Part shown: positions 53,888 to 63,580 of the stretch, one piece after another
Numbering within the stretch: position 1 is the stretch's first letter
How the letters are laid out: the number at the start of each line of letters is the position of its first letter
Assembly (NCBI GenBank): GCA_902384935.1
Contig: CABMDO010000012.1
Coordinates: forward strand, 1-64,000
Direction: 5' to 3'
From: Candidatus Norongarragalina meridionalis
GTDB taxonomy: Archaea > Micrarchaeota > Micrarchaeia > Norongarragalinales > Norongarragalinaceae
Length of the DNA: 64,000 bases
Notes under the pieces: model-generated
Seen by the model: only the letters and a program-made list of their open reading frames with translations
What the model was told of the DNA's origin: nothing
The model's database searches: none
Program-made: the position numbers and the translations under genes

Positions 53888-54970
53888 CTACCACGCGGCG
53901 GGCTCCATCCTCTTGGTTACGTAGAGGATCGCTATCATCGTGAGCAGGATTCCGAGGAACGCGAGATGTATGAAATACGGGGGAATGCCTATGGACGCGA
54001 ACATGGGTATCTGCAGTATCGCGCTCATAATCGCGACGCCGACGGGCGCTACGACCGCCACCATGATGTATATGATGTTCACGAAATTCAGGCGCTCCGT
54101 GAAGTCGCGGATGCTCATGCGCGTCTCGAAGGAAACGTCGTCCGCGATGTCCGTGATAACCTGCGAGAGCGAGCCTCCGCTCCTGAAGGAGCGTATCATC
54201 TGCGTCAGCGCCTTGCGCAATCCCTTAGATTGCGTGCGCTTCGAAAGCGCGCCGAGCGCGTCCTCGTTGCTCATTCCGTTGTCCAAGTCGCTCAGCACTT
54301 TTCCGAATTCCTCGCTGAGCACGCCGTAATTCGAGTTCGCGACCGATTCCATCGCCTTCGAGAAGCTCACTCCCGCCTTTATCTGCGTCGACAACTGCCG
54401 CAAGGCGAAAGGAAGCACGCGGTCTATGTCGCGCGCACGCGACGCCGCCCTGTTGATGGGATAGAATATCCCGGCAAGCACGACGAGTATGAAAAACGCG
54501 CCTCCCACGAGCGGCGAAATCGCGGCGAGCGTCGCGTCGTTCAGCGCTATGCCGAGTATCAGGAACAGGATGGCGCCGAAAATAGCGCCGAGCACGGCGT
54601 TCACGGCAACCGCGATGAGGTACGCTTCCGGCGGAGTTTTCAAGCCGGCGGAATCGAGCGTCCCGCGGACTTTCTGCAACGCAGGCAAGCCAGACATCGC
54701 CTGCGCCAGCTTGGTGAAGGGCCCCCTGAACGCGGTGAAAAGAGAGCCCGCGAGCCCGCCTATCTTCTCAGCATCGAGCTTCTTGAAATCAAGCGGCTTC
54801 TCTCCCGCGCCTTCCATGCGTTCGCGGAGTTCCGCGCCTTTGGTGCGGAGAGAGGATTCGCCGCGCAGGCGCGTGACTATCCTTTTCAAATCCTCCTTCT
54901 CGGCGCCGCGCTCCTCCTTTTTTGTGACAACGGCCTGCTTTAGGCGCGCGAGCCGCTCGTTCGAAGGCAT
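53888..54970 (-). CDS. T2SS-F-domain membrane protein (TadB/TadC-like, single domain)
   Basis: 360 aa. ..LPFALRQLSTQIKAGVSFSKAMESVA..YGVLSEEFGKVLSDLDNGMSNEDAL.. is the GspF fold. Confidence 0.6.
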   Translation of the reverse strand: MPSNERLARLKQAVVTKKEERGAEKEDLKRIVTRLRGESSLRTKGAELRERMEGAGEKPLDFKKLDAEKIGGLAGSLFTAFRGPFTKLAQAMSGLPALQKVRGTLDSAGLKTPPEAYLIAVAVNAVLGAIFGAILFLILGIALNDATLAAISPLVGGAFFILVVLAGIFYPINRAASRARDIDRVLPFALRQLSTQIKAGVSFSKAMESVANSNYGVLSEEFGKVLSDLDNGMSNEDALGALSKRTQSKGLRKALTQMIRSFRSGGSLSQVITDIADDVSFETRMSIRDFTERLNFVNIIYIMVAVVAPVGVAIMSAILQIPMFASIGIPPYFIHLAFLGILLTMIAILYVTKRMEPAAW

Positions 54971-55016
54971 ACGCAGCGATTACGCCAGCCGCTTTTAAAA
55001 ACAGTCGCTACGGCTG

Positions 55017-58000
55017 TTATTGGCACACGCAGTTGTCGGCTTCCAGCGCCTTTTCGTCGCCCTTTATTTCGCACGCCGCACTCCCGCCGGTGCTCATCGA
55101 CTTCTTTTCGTCGACGAGGCAGCTGTGCAGCGCGTCCGCGGACGAGCCGGTTATCGTGCAGCCCTGAAGAACGCCCTTCGTAAGTTCCGAGTACTTGTTC
55201 GCCGTGAAGCAGTTCGGGGTTCCAAGGTCGAAGCCGACGCTTCCGTCGGACTTGACGTACGGGAACGATATCGGCGGCGAGTTCGTGCTGGTGCCGCCGC
55301 CCTGTATCGAAACGAGCACGGAAGACAGCTGGGGCGTCGGAGCGGTTCCGAAGAACCCGCCGCTTACCATCACGCCGTCCCACGGCGTTCCGTCGATGTA
55401 GTCGATAATCTCGGCTTTCTCTTCCCCGCCCATAATGCCAGCTCCGCCGGCTGCGGGGTCGTACGCGAAGTCCACGAGGTGGATTCCGCCCTTGCCCTTC
55501 GCAGTCAGTCCGCCGAGCTTCATCGGCACGAGCACATGCAAGTCGTTGCTGTAGAGCGGAGTCTTCACGTTGACCGCGCCGGTAGTGGGATACATGGACG
55601 CCGTGAGGCTGTTCTTGACAGAGGGCCAGAACTGCTGCTGGGTTGCTGTTCCCGACGCGCCGAACGCGTAGTTGAGCAGCTGCGAGTTGCACGCCGCGGA
55701 ACGGAATGCGTCGCCGTAAACGTCGCCGAAATTATACGTGGGCGAATAGGATACGGGCACGTAGTTGCTGCCGTACATCGAATCCGAGTAAGAGGACATG
55801 TATCCGGGCGGCTGCGTCATCTGCTGGCTGCAGGACTCCTTCATGCTCTTCAGCGGATCCTTGCCGAGCTTCAGGCATGCTTGGTAAGTCGTCGCCTGCG
55901 CCATGTAATCCGCGATGGCGTCGTTGAGCGCCTTCTGGAACACGTCCGCCGTGCCCTTGACTATTCCCTGCGTGTCCGCCTTGGGAGTGTCCATCTGCTG
56001 CTGCGCGAACAAGCCGTTGAGTTCGTCGTTAAGCGCGCGCGACGCCGCGTCGTACTTCGCCTGGTCGCAGTAATTTGTGCCGGTGCACTCGAGCGCTTCG
56101 GCATCGGCGGGGCTTTCCCCTGCGCCCGGCTTTCCTCCGCCTTCGCCGCCGAGCTGTCCTGTCGCGGTTATCTTGCCGGACGCGGTTTCGGTCGTCGAGG
56201 CGGGCGCAGCCGGCGCTTCAGGCGCGGGCGCTTCGGTTGTCTTCAGATTTCCGATCACGTCACCCTGCATCCACGTGCCCTTCGGGTTTTCGAACCTTCC
56301 GCTGAGGTCGAAACCGATTGCGCCCGTGAACTCCTTGGTTTTAACGGTCACGGTTTTCGCCTGCTCCTTCGTAAGCGCGAGCATGCCCGCCTTCTTCGGG
56401 TCTATTGTCACGGAGCTGCCGCCGCCGGTTACGGTCATGTGCAGCGTCGGGTTGTTGTTGACGAACAGGAACGGCTCTTTGATGTTGTTGGCGTCGGTTC
56501 CGCGTCTGTATACGTTGCCCGACATCGGAACTATCATGAACGCGTAGCGCGCCGCCGTTTCATCGTCGTTTGATTCCACGCTTATTTTTATCTTCCTGGA
56601 GGCGCTGCCGAGCACCCCGCTGCTCTGGAGCGTGAGCGTGACGCTGTCCACCAGCGGTTCGATGCGAAGCTGCCCGTTCTCGTCGGGCTTGTAAACGGCG
56701 CAACCCTCCTTCGGGTTGAACAGCACCAGATAAGAGCGATACTGGTTCGCGGGCACGAGCGTTCCAGTTACCGCGTCCTGCAGCTTGTTTATCAGGGCGC
56801 TGAGCCCGAGGTCGCGCGAGAAGTCGTGCTCTATGTCGCGTATCACGAAGCATTTGTTCTTGTTGTTGTCCCAATTCACGAGGAGCTGCGTGTCCGCGCC
56901 GAGAAGGTTCTGTATCGAGAACGCGACTCCAGCGACGGGGAACAGGGAGTTGATTTTAATCGTCGCCTCGCCGCTGCTCGGCAGAGGACCGTTGCCCGTC
57001 CATCCGACTCCCGGAACGAGGACGAACTGGTCCTCCATGCTGCCCGCCACGTATCTCGAACGGGTGCTCGGGTTGAAGAGCTGCTGCGCGTGGTATTGCC
57101 CGAGCCTGCGCGCGAGCATGTTGCTGAGATCGAAGTTCGCGGGACTGCACTGGTCCTGCCTGAACGATACGCAGGACGTGAAGACGTGCGTGTTCACGTC
57201 GTAGTTGGCGTAGCACGAGCCGTTGTTCTGCAGTACGTTGCACGCGCTTTCGTTGCACAAATCGCAGCGTTTCGCCGAGCACGTGGCGTTCGGGGAAGGC
57301 GACGGAGACGGAGAAGGCGATGGTTGCGCGCACGCCAGGAACGCGTCCTTGCCGTCGGCGGTTTTCGCGTACTGGGGCAGGCAATAGCCGCCAGTCTTGT
57401 TGAGGTTGAGGCACTGCTGTTCCGTGCATTCCTTGCACGCAGCTGACGAGCATTTTTCGTTTCCAGTAGTCGTGTTCTTCTTCAGCGCCGCGCATTCCAC
57501 CTTTATCCACGCGGTTTGCGAATCCGTGGAACCCGTTGATTCGAGCGTAGTCGTGAATACCAAATAGCATTGGTCGCTGCGTATCGGCGTCATCACCACC
57601 TGCGTGCTCTTGCCGCCGGGAATAACTATAGTGTACCTGTCGTCGCCCGAGGACGTGACGCGCGAGCCCGCGAGCGAAACGCACGCGGTGCCCGAGAAAG
57701 CTGCGGAAACCGTGACGTCCGTCTTCAGCGAGTTTTCAATCGTTACCGCCTTGGCGTCGCACGTCATCGAAATCGCGGAGATGTCGGGCGCGTACGAGAG
57801 GAAGTCCGTCGCGGACACGCGTACCGTAGCGCGCGCATCCTCGTATCCCTGCTTGGACGCGACAACGTCGAACGTTCCCGGAGAAACCGGCAGCAGTCTC
57901 TTGAAAGTGTATTTGCCTTCCTTTCCTTTTCCGTCGGTGCCGTCGCCCTGGATTGCGTAGTCGCCGTTCGCTTCGCCCGAAAACGGCTCGCCTGTTCCTT

Positions 58001-60866
58001 CCTCGATGGCGACGCGCGCGTCGGTTATTGCCGAACCCGTGCTCGAGAATACGGTTGCGGTAAGGTCCGCCTTTGTTCCCGACTCCATGGTTGCGGGCTT
58101 TACCGCAACAACCATCGAACCCGTTCCTTCGACTATTACGTAGCGTTCGTCCGAAAGCAGCGTTCTTCCCGCATCGGTAAGCTCGAATTGCATGCGCGCG
58201 AAATCGCTCGGCTCCACGGCGCGGACGTCCGTCGCGACGCTGCCCTCGCCTGCGTCGTCGAGCGCAACGCCTGCGCTCCACTCGTCGGAGTTGTTCGCCT
58301 GTATGAACTGCAGCGCTCCGCCAAGCGAGCGTATGCGCACCGTGGGCACGGAAACGTCGCCGAATACCCGCACAGCCACGTTCGCGGTGAACGAGTGCCC
58401 GAGCCCGACGGTCAAACCGTTCGCGCCCTTCTCGGTTGTGGTGTTAAGTGTGATTATCATGCACGCGTTCTCCGTGCACAGGCTTCCGCCCTCGTTGACG
58501 TCGTATTTCGCGTCCGTGGTTTTCGCGCGGCATCCCTCCTTTGCCGCGGTGCTCTCCGCGTATCCCAACACCGTATCCTCGGGCGTGCGGTACCATACGT
58601 CCGCCTTCTTCGCGTAGGCGCGGTAATGGAACGATACTTTGCTTTTTCGCGTAGCGTTCGGGCTTACAAACACCTTCACCGCGAGAGTTTTCACGCCGAA
58701 CGATGAATATTCCTGCTGCACCCATTTTACGTGCGAGTCGCTCGCGTTGTCCGCCACTTCGTCGGTGCACGCGCTTTCCGCGTCGTACGTTCCGCCCCAC
58801 GTAATTTCCGCATCCTGCGGCTTGTCGAAATACGATATGTACGCCGCATCCGCGTCAAGAGTCGTGTTGTCGCCTATGCGGAGGTATGCTCCGCCGCGTT
58901 CCACGCCGCCGGGTATGTTCAAGGTAAGCAGAGCGAGATAATAGCGTCCGCGGTCGAGCGAACCCACCGCCTCGCCGCCATTGAGCGGTTCGAGCCTGAA
59001 ATCAACTACCTGCAGCTGCTTCGCCTGCGACGTCGGAAGCATGCGCAGTTCGTAATAAACGCTTCCTTCGTTGTCAACGGAAATCTGTTCGCTTTCGTAA
59101 TCCGCGAACCCTCCGGCGGTTGCCTTGAGCACTATCTTGCGGTCCGAGCGCACCTTCAGCGAGCACGTGCTGTTCAGCGGGCTCGTTCCCGTGGCGCACG
59201 TAGCGCTTGCGGAAGTCGCGCCTTCCTCGAACGCCTTCACCGTTGCGGTCAGCAGATTGCCGGTTGTCATGTCCGTCGCGTTGACGAATATCCTTCCGTA
59301 CGGCGCGGGCAGCTTCAGTTCCAGCGGCGATTCACGCGCTTCGAGCGTTATCTTCGTTATGTCGCTGTATCCGTGCACCGAGCCTGCTGTGGCATACGCC
59401 TTGATTTCCTCGAGCGGCAATCCCGCGAATGAAACGAATCCGTCGTATCCGGTTTCCTGCGAAGGCACGCCGAGCGAGAACCCGTCGCCGGTTACCAGTT
59501 CAACCGAAGCGAGCTCGACGCGCTTTCCGTCGGCGTCAAGAACGACTATGTCGAGCGTACCGCTGTTCCCCGCAACAAGCGCCTCGAGCGCTATTGTCTT
59601 GGAGTCTCCCGCCACCACGTTCTTCTCTATATGCGGAAGATAGCCTTCCGCGTAAATCGTAAGATAGCCCGCGCTTTTCGACGACACTTCCAGCACGCAC
59701 TCGCCGTGCGTGTCGGTGTTGCACGACGCGAGTTCGCGCAGAGGCGCGTCCGCCATCAGGAAGCGCACGTACGCGCCCTCGATCGACTGCCCCGCGTCCC
59801 CGGTAACCTTGACGTTGACGTTGCGCAAATCCGCCGCGGTTTTGCGCTGGAGCCTTGCCTTGAATTCCACGTAAGTTTCCGACGCCACGCCCTGCACGTC
59901 GTTCGCCGCTGCGCCGTTGTATCCCGCGTACGCATCGGACGGAGGTTCGACAACTACGTAGACGCGCGTGCCCGCTTCGGCGGCGGAATCGAAGAAAACT
60001 GTTCCCTGCGAATCAGTCACTCCCTCGGTTATGACGTTCGAGGAATCGGCGTCGTGCACTATTACGTGCGCGCCCTCGAGCTGGATTCCTCCGTCGTCTT
60101 CGACTGTAACGAGAATGCTGCCCTTGGACGGCGCGCTTCCGCCTTCGTCCTTGGGTTTCGCGCCATCGGGTGAAAGCGCGAGCGAGCACTGCTTCTGAGA
60201 CGCGAAGCACGTAACGCGGTCCGAAACGAATCCGTCGCGCGAGACGCGTATGTTGAAGATGTCGGAAACCCCTGCGAACTCGATGAAAGCGCTGCCCGTT
60301 GCGTCGGTGGCGAGTTCCTTGACGTTGCCCGCGGTGTCGGTGTATACTACGGACGCGGCTTCAAGCGGCTGGCCGTCCGCGTTCGTAACCGCGAGGGCAA
60401 TCCTGTTCGCCTCGCTTGTCGCGGGTTCGAGAAGCGCGGTAAAGCTCTGCGCGCCCGTAACCAAAACCTCGTTGCCATAGTCGGCGTAACCCGCTTCCTT
60501 TATCTGCACGAGCGCCTTTTTCCCGACGGGCAACCCCGTGAATTTCGCAACCCCGTTTTTGTCGGTTTTCAGGTCGAACGACTTGTCGTCTACCGTCAGG
60601 TGCACAAGCGCGTCCTGAATCGGCTCGTCCCCGGACATTACCGTAACCGTAAGCGCGGTTTTAGGCGACGCAACGTCCTGGAGAACGAAAAAGGCGCCTG
60701 CGCCGAGCAGGGCGACGAGCAGGACGAACACGGGCAGCGAAGGGATTCCCTTGTCCTCGATGGGGGTTACGAACCAATCCACCGCGGGCACGCCTTTCGC
60801 CTGCAGCCAGTCCATGAGCGCGTAATAGCGCTCTTCGATAGAGACGTAAATTTCCTTGAGTGCCAT
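55017..60866 (-). CDS. giant (approx. 1950 aa) N-terminally anchored surface protein / putative adhesin
   Basis: Start at MALKEIYVSIEERYY.. followed by the TM LPVFVLLVALLGAGAFFVL. Many carboxypeptidase-regulatory/Ig-like-looking repeats (VTxxDGxPLEGAxV). Cys-rich module (CSSAACKECTEQQC...PSPSPSPSPSPNATCSAKRCDLCNESAC). First gene of the pilus cluster. Confidence 0.6.
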   Translation of the reverse strand: MALKEIYVSIEERYYALMDWLQAKGVPAVDWFVTPIEDKGIPSLPVFVLLVALLGAGAFFVLQDVASPKTALTVTVMSGDEPIQDALVHLTVDDKSFDLKTDKNGVAKFTGLPVGKKALVQIKEAGYADYGNEVLVTGAQSFTALLEPATSEANRIALAVTNADGQPLEAASVVYTDTAGNVKELATDATGSAFIEFAGVSDIFNIRVSRDGFVSDRVTCFASQKQCSLALSPDGAKPKDEGGSAPSKGSILVTVEDDGGIQLEGAHVIVHDADSSNVITEGVTDSQGTVFFDSAAEAGTRVYVVVEPPSDAYAGYNGAAANDVQGVASETYVEFKARLQRKTAADLRNVNVKVTGDAGQSIEGAYVRFLMADAPLRELASCNTDTHGECVLEVSSKSAGYLTIYAEGYLPHIEKNVVAGDSKTIALEALVAGNSGTLDIVVLDADGKRVELASVELVTGDGFSLGVPSQETGYDGFVSFAGLPLEEIKAYATAGSVHGYSDITKITLEARESPLELKLPAPYGRIFVNATDMTTGNLLTATVKAFEEGATSASATCATGTSPLNSTCSLKVRSDRKIVLKATAGGFADYESEQISVDNEGSVYYELRMLPTSQAKQLQVVDFRLEPLNGGEAVGSLDRGRYYLALLTLNIPGGVERGGAYLRIGDNTTLDADAAYISYFDKPQDAEITWGGTYDAESACTDEVADNASDSHVKWVQQEYSSFGVKTLAVKVFVSPNATRKSKVSFHYRAYAKKADVWYRTPEDTVLGYAESTAAKEGCRAKTTDAKYDVNEGGSLCTENACMIITLNTTTEKGANGLTVGLGHSFTANVAVRVFGDVSVPTVRIRSLGGALQFIQANNSDEWSAGVALDDAGEGSVATDVRAVEPSDFARMQFELTDAGRTLLSDERYVIVEGTGSMVVAVKPATMESGTKADLTATVFSSTGSAITDARVAIEEGTGEPFSGEANGDYAIQGDGTDGKGKEGKYTFKRLLPVSPGTFDVVASKQGYEDARATVRVSATDFLSYAPDISAISMTCDAKAVTIENSLKTDVTVSAAFSGTACVSLAGSRVTSSGDDRYTIVIPGGKSTQVVMTPIRSDQCYLVFTTTLESTGSTDSQTAWIKVECAALKKNTTTGNEKCSSAACKECTEQQCLNLNKTGGYCLPQYAKTADGKDAFLACAQPSPSPSPSPSPNATCSAKRCDLCNESACNVLQNNGSCYANYDVNTHVFTSCVSFRQDQCSPANFDLSNMLARRLGQYHAQQLFNPSTRSRYVAGSMEDQFVLVPGVGWTGNGPLPSSGEATIKINSLFPVAGVAFSIQNLLGADTQLLVNWDNNKNKCFVIRDIEHDFSRDLGLSALINKLQDAVTGTLVPANQYRSYLVLFNPKEGCAVYKPDENGQLRIEPLVDSVTLTLQSSGVLGSASRKIKISVESNDDETAARYAFMIVPMSGNVYRRGTDANNIKEPFLFVNNNPTLHMTVTGGGSSVTIDPKKAGMLALTKEQAKTVTVKTKEFTGAIGFDLSGRFENPKGTWMQGDVIGNLKTTEAPAPEAPAAPASTTETASGKITATGQLGGEGGGKPGAGESPADAEALECTGTNYCDQAKYDAASRALNDELNGLFAQQQMDTPKADTQGIVKGTADVFQKALNDAIADYMAQATTYQACLKLGKDPLKSMKESCSQQMTQPPGYMSSYSDSMYGSNYVPVSYSPTYNFGDVYGDAFRSAACNSQLLNYAFGASGTATQQQFWPSVKNSLTASMYPTTGAVNVKTPLYSNDLHVLVPMKLGGLTAKGKGGIHLVDFAYDPAAGGAGIMGGEEKAEIIDYIDGTPWDGVMVSGGFFGTAPTPQLSSVLVSIQGGGTSTNSPPISFPYVKSDGSVGFDLGTPNCFTANKYSELTKGVLQGCTITGSSADALHSCLVDEKKSMSTGGSAACEIKGDEKALEADNCVCQ

Positions 60867-61656
60867 AATAAAAACTTGCCCGCGTATATATAAAAACGTG
60901 CTTAAAATCGCCTTCGGCGAAGCCGCCGCGAGCCTCGGAAAAACGCTCATAGTTGCGGACCTTCACCTCGGCATCGAACTCGAACTTCGAGCCCGCGGCA
61001 TAAACGCGAGGCAGCAGTGGCATCCTTGCGCGGTTCGCATAAACAAGCTGCTGAAGAAAATGAAATGCGGCAGCCTCGTGATTCTGGGCGACGCCAAGCA
61101 CGACGTCTACGGCTGCGACATCGAAGAGCGCACGATGATGAGGCGTTTCCTCGACAGCCTCGACACCAAGGACGTGCGCATCATAAAAGGAAACCATGAT
61201 TCCCTGCTCGAAGGCGTCGCGCCCATTATTCCCGCTACGGGCATGCGCATCGAAGACGGGGGCGAGTCCTACGGTCTGTTCCACGGGCATGCGTGGCCCG
61301 CCAAGGACGTGCTCGCAGCCGACATTTTTCTCATGGCGCACCAGCATCCCATGTACGAATTCAAGGACAAAGCCGGCAGATGGAGCGAGAAATGCTGGAT
61401 TTCGGCCGAAACAAAAGCCAATAAGCGGTTCGGAGTAATGGGGAAGCGCAGGGTTGTCGTCTTTCCGGCATTCGGCATTCTTTCCGGAGGCATTCGCCTA
61501 AATGCCGAAAAAGGAATCGGCCCGTTCTTCGAAAATCCGCTCCTGCGCAAGGCGACGGCATTCTCGCTCGAAGGCGCGCCCCTGGGTGCACTAAGCGTTA
61601 GCCGCCCGAAACCTTATACTGTTCTTTATACTTCTTTTCCGGAGGATATTTTTTAA
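60856..61656 (+). CDS. calcineurin-like metallophosphoesterase
   Basis: ..LIVADLHLG...ILGDAKHDVYG...IIKGNHD...GHAWP... (metallophosphatase motifs I-V). The C-terminal 22 codons run into the cassette insertion. Confidence 0.65.
   Translation: MSAIIKTCPRIYKNVLKIAFGEAAASLGKTLIVADLHLGIELELRARGINARQQWHPCAVRINKLLKKMKCGSLVILGDAKHDVYGCDIEERTMMRRFLDSLDTKDVRIIKGNHDSLLEGVAPIIPATGMRIEDGGESYGLFHGHAWPAKDVLAADIFLMAHQHPMYEFKDKAGRWSEKCWISAETKANKRFGVMGKRRVVVFPAFGILSGGIRLNAEKGIGPFFENPLLRKATAFSLEGAPLGALSVSRPKPYTVLYTSFPEDIF
61531..61588 (+). repeat. direct repeat copy 1 (~56 bp) of the phosphoesterase 3' end
   Basis: aaaatccgctcctgcgcaaggcgacggcattctcgctcgaaggcgcgcccctgggt matches the copy at 62327..62382 with 4 mismatches. 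Coordinates +-3. Confidence 0.8.
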
Positions 61657-62326
61657 TTAGTTTAGAAAGATCCTTCGTTACAAATTCGTCCTTCCGTCCG
61701 AACGGCCATATGCTCCTCTTTTTTCTAATCCACCAGTCTCCGAATCCACCTACCGGAGCCTGCCCACCGCATACCAAAAAATGCCCTTTTTTCTTCAAAA
61801 TTTTATTTATTTTTGTGTAAAAACTATCTGTACCCAGCTCCGCTTCGCCGTATTGTGCGGCGCCGGAACGAGAAAGTATCAAATCATACTGTTTGTTCTT
61901 TTTCACTAGCGAATCTATGGTTCCTATATGCAGATAGTCCAAATGATTTTTTGCATTACCGTACCTTTGCGAAGGGATGTTTGTAAGCGTCAGCCCCTCA
62001 ACTTCCGCATTTATTCCTTCATCATGAAGCAGTTTACGCAGCTCTATTGCCGCAATTCCGGCACCGCAACCTAAATCCAGTATCCTTATTGGCTTGCCTT
62101 TCTGCCGACGCATTATGCCTCTTGCCAACTCCAAAAGATTTCCGAAATCATGCATGTAGCAGACGAGATCCCTTTTCGAATTGTATGAAGCGTATGCGAA
62201 CTGAACCGGCGACTCGCGATCCTCTTTCCTTCCTTTCCAAATTGTTGATGCTAGCTCTTTCCTGTATTTCTTCTCATTTTCCGACCGCCTTTCTACCATA
62301 TAGAAATAATAATGAGCCATAACTTT
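61589..62326 (-). mobile_element. low-GC single-gene cassette (methyltransferase) flanked by ~56-bp direct repeats
   Basis: ~740 bp, AT-rich, containing only ORF 61598..62320. Lies between the convergent phosphoesterase and TraB-like genes. No recombinase. Confidence 0.5.
61598..62320 (-). CDS. class I SAM-dependent methyltransferase (cassette cargo)
   Basis: Motif I ILDLGCGAGIAAIEL. 240 aa, low GC. Confidence 0.65.
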   Translation of the reverse strand: MAHYYFYMVERRSENEKKYRKELASTIWKGRKEDRESPVQFAYASYNSKRDLVCYMHDFGNLLELARGIMRRQKGKPIRILDLGCGAGIAAIELRKLLHDEGINAEVEGLTLTNIPSQRYGNAKNHLDYLHIGTIDSLVKKNKQYDLILSRSGAAQYGEAELGTDSFYTKINKILKKKGHFLVCGGQAPVGGFGDWWIRKKRSIWPFGRKDEFVTKDLSKLIKKYPPEKKYKEQYKVSGG

Positions 62327-62382
62327 AAAACCCGCTCCTGCGCAAGGCGACGGCTTTCTCGCTCGAAGGCGCGCCGCTGGGC
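62327..62382 (+). repeat. direct repeat copy 2 (~56 bp), the probable original phosphoesterase 3' end
   Basis: aaaacccgctcctgcgcaaggcgacggctttctcgctcgaaggcgcgccgctgggc continues in frame to ..SLKL plus TAG (62395-62397), overlapping the convergent TraB-like stop (cTAg). Confidence 0.8.
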
Positions 62383-62393
62383 TCGCTCAAGCT

Positions 62394-63023
62394 CTAGCAC
62401 CCGAAATATTTCTTTAAGAGCGGTAGGTATCTCTTGTAGGCGGCAACATCGCCTTCAGCGTCGTAGGAACCAATTAGCGACTTCGCGTGTTTCGAGTACT
62501 GAACGTCCTTGCTGAACCCAAGCAACTGCATGTGCTGGGCGTGCGCGGCTCCGACTACAAGCGTGTCACAGCCTTCTTCCTTCGCCTTTCGAAACATCAG
62601 AATGCTTCTATAAACGCTCACCGCACGCGCAAAACTCTCCACGCTGAAACCCGGGACCATTCCAACCGCGTCTATAGCAATTCCTCTAAACAATTCGATT
62701 TTCTCCGGGTCATTTTTCCCCTCCGGAACCGCGCCTTTGTTCAACAGCCATCCGTGCAGGTCCGAAAGAAGGGCGTTATTGCTAGATGATTCCAAGCTAA
62801 CAAGCCTAGCGCCCTTTCGTTTCGCCCACAACCCGACCCCCTGGAAAAATCTGGAGCCCTCGACACCACTCCCCTCGATCCCTGTCTTGGAACCCTTTCT
62901 AAGGCGAGTGCTCACAAATCTCAAGTTTCCAGGTCCTGTTGGTACCACTCCGTAACCTTTGCCATTGATAAAAGCGATTTTCGGAATGACCGTCGTAACG
63001 TGCGCGACGCCTAATATTCTCAT
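62394..63023 (-). CDS. TraB/PrgY/GumN-family protein
   Basis: MRILGVAHVTT.. (GxxHV) and ..TLVVGAAHAQH.. are TraB family hallmarks. Confidence 0.45.
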   Translation of the reverse strand: MRILGVAHVTTVIPKIAFINGKGYGVVPTGPGNLRFVSTRLRKGSKTGIEGSGVEGSRFFQGVGLWAKRKGARLVSLESSSNNALLSDLHGWLLNKGAVPEGKNDPEKIELFRGIAIDAVGMVPGFSVESFARAVSVYRSILMFRKAKEEGCDTLVVGAAHAQHMQLLGFSKDVQYSKHAKSLIGSYDAEGDVAAYKRYLPLLKKYFGC

Positions 63024-63126
63024 AAGCTAATCTGCGGTCGCGGGTTAAAAACCCTATCAAAAACCTTTAAATCCCGTCGTGCGCAATATAGGTTTCCGAA
63101 TGCTTATCGTTTACAGGGGTGTTTGA

Positions 63127-63534
63127 ATGGGCAGAGGAAGGGAACGCATGGTCGTCTGCGAAAAATGCGGACGCCAGACCCGCCGCGACAAGGCGGTGTT
63201 TCTGGAAAAAGCGATATTCGTGAATCCGCTCGAGCGCAAGGACGTCATCCAGGGAGAGCCGTACGCGCCGCGCGTAACGCGCGAGGTTGCCTACTGCCCG
63301 TCCTGCGGCAAGCACGGAAGAATCTACGAGAAGAAGGCGCGCATGAACGCGCGCAACCGCGAGCGCGAGCAGTTCCGCCAGTCGCTCGGCATGGGGCAGA
63401 GCAGGCGCCCGACGCACCGCCCTCAGCACATGGGGCAGCAGTTCGGGACGGTGCAGAAGCCCGCGGAAAAGCCGGCTGAAGCGCCGGTTGCCGAAACGCC
63501 CAAGACGGAAGAAACGCCGACGGCTCCCGAATAA
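63127..63534 (+). CDS. zinc-ribbon protein resembling ribosomal protein S26e
   Basis: C-x2-C ... KDKAV ... Y.P..........YCPSCGKHGRIYEKKARMNARNRE pattern (S26e-like). Pro/Ala-rich C-terminal tail. Confidence 0.4.
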   Translation: MGRGRERMVVCEKCGRQTRRDKAVFLEKAIFVNPLERKDVIQGEPYAPRVTREVAYCPSCGKHGRIYEKKARMNARNREREQFRQSLGMGQSRRPTHRPQHMGQQFGTVQKPAEKPAEAPVAETPKTEETPTAPE

Positions 63535-63580
63535 ATTAATACTTCTTTTCCGTTTTTCGCTTCGCTTAGCGCGCCGCCCC

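Noticed and set aside
61628-63556. 13-mer tacttcttttccg shared at ~61631 and ~63541 as boundaries of a larger insert
   Set aside because: Too short and isolated to support a second, larger element. It could be chance in the AT-rich segments.
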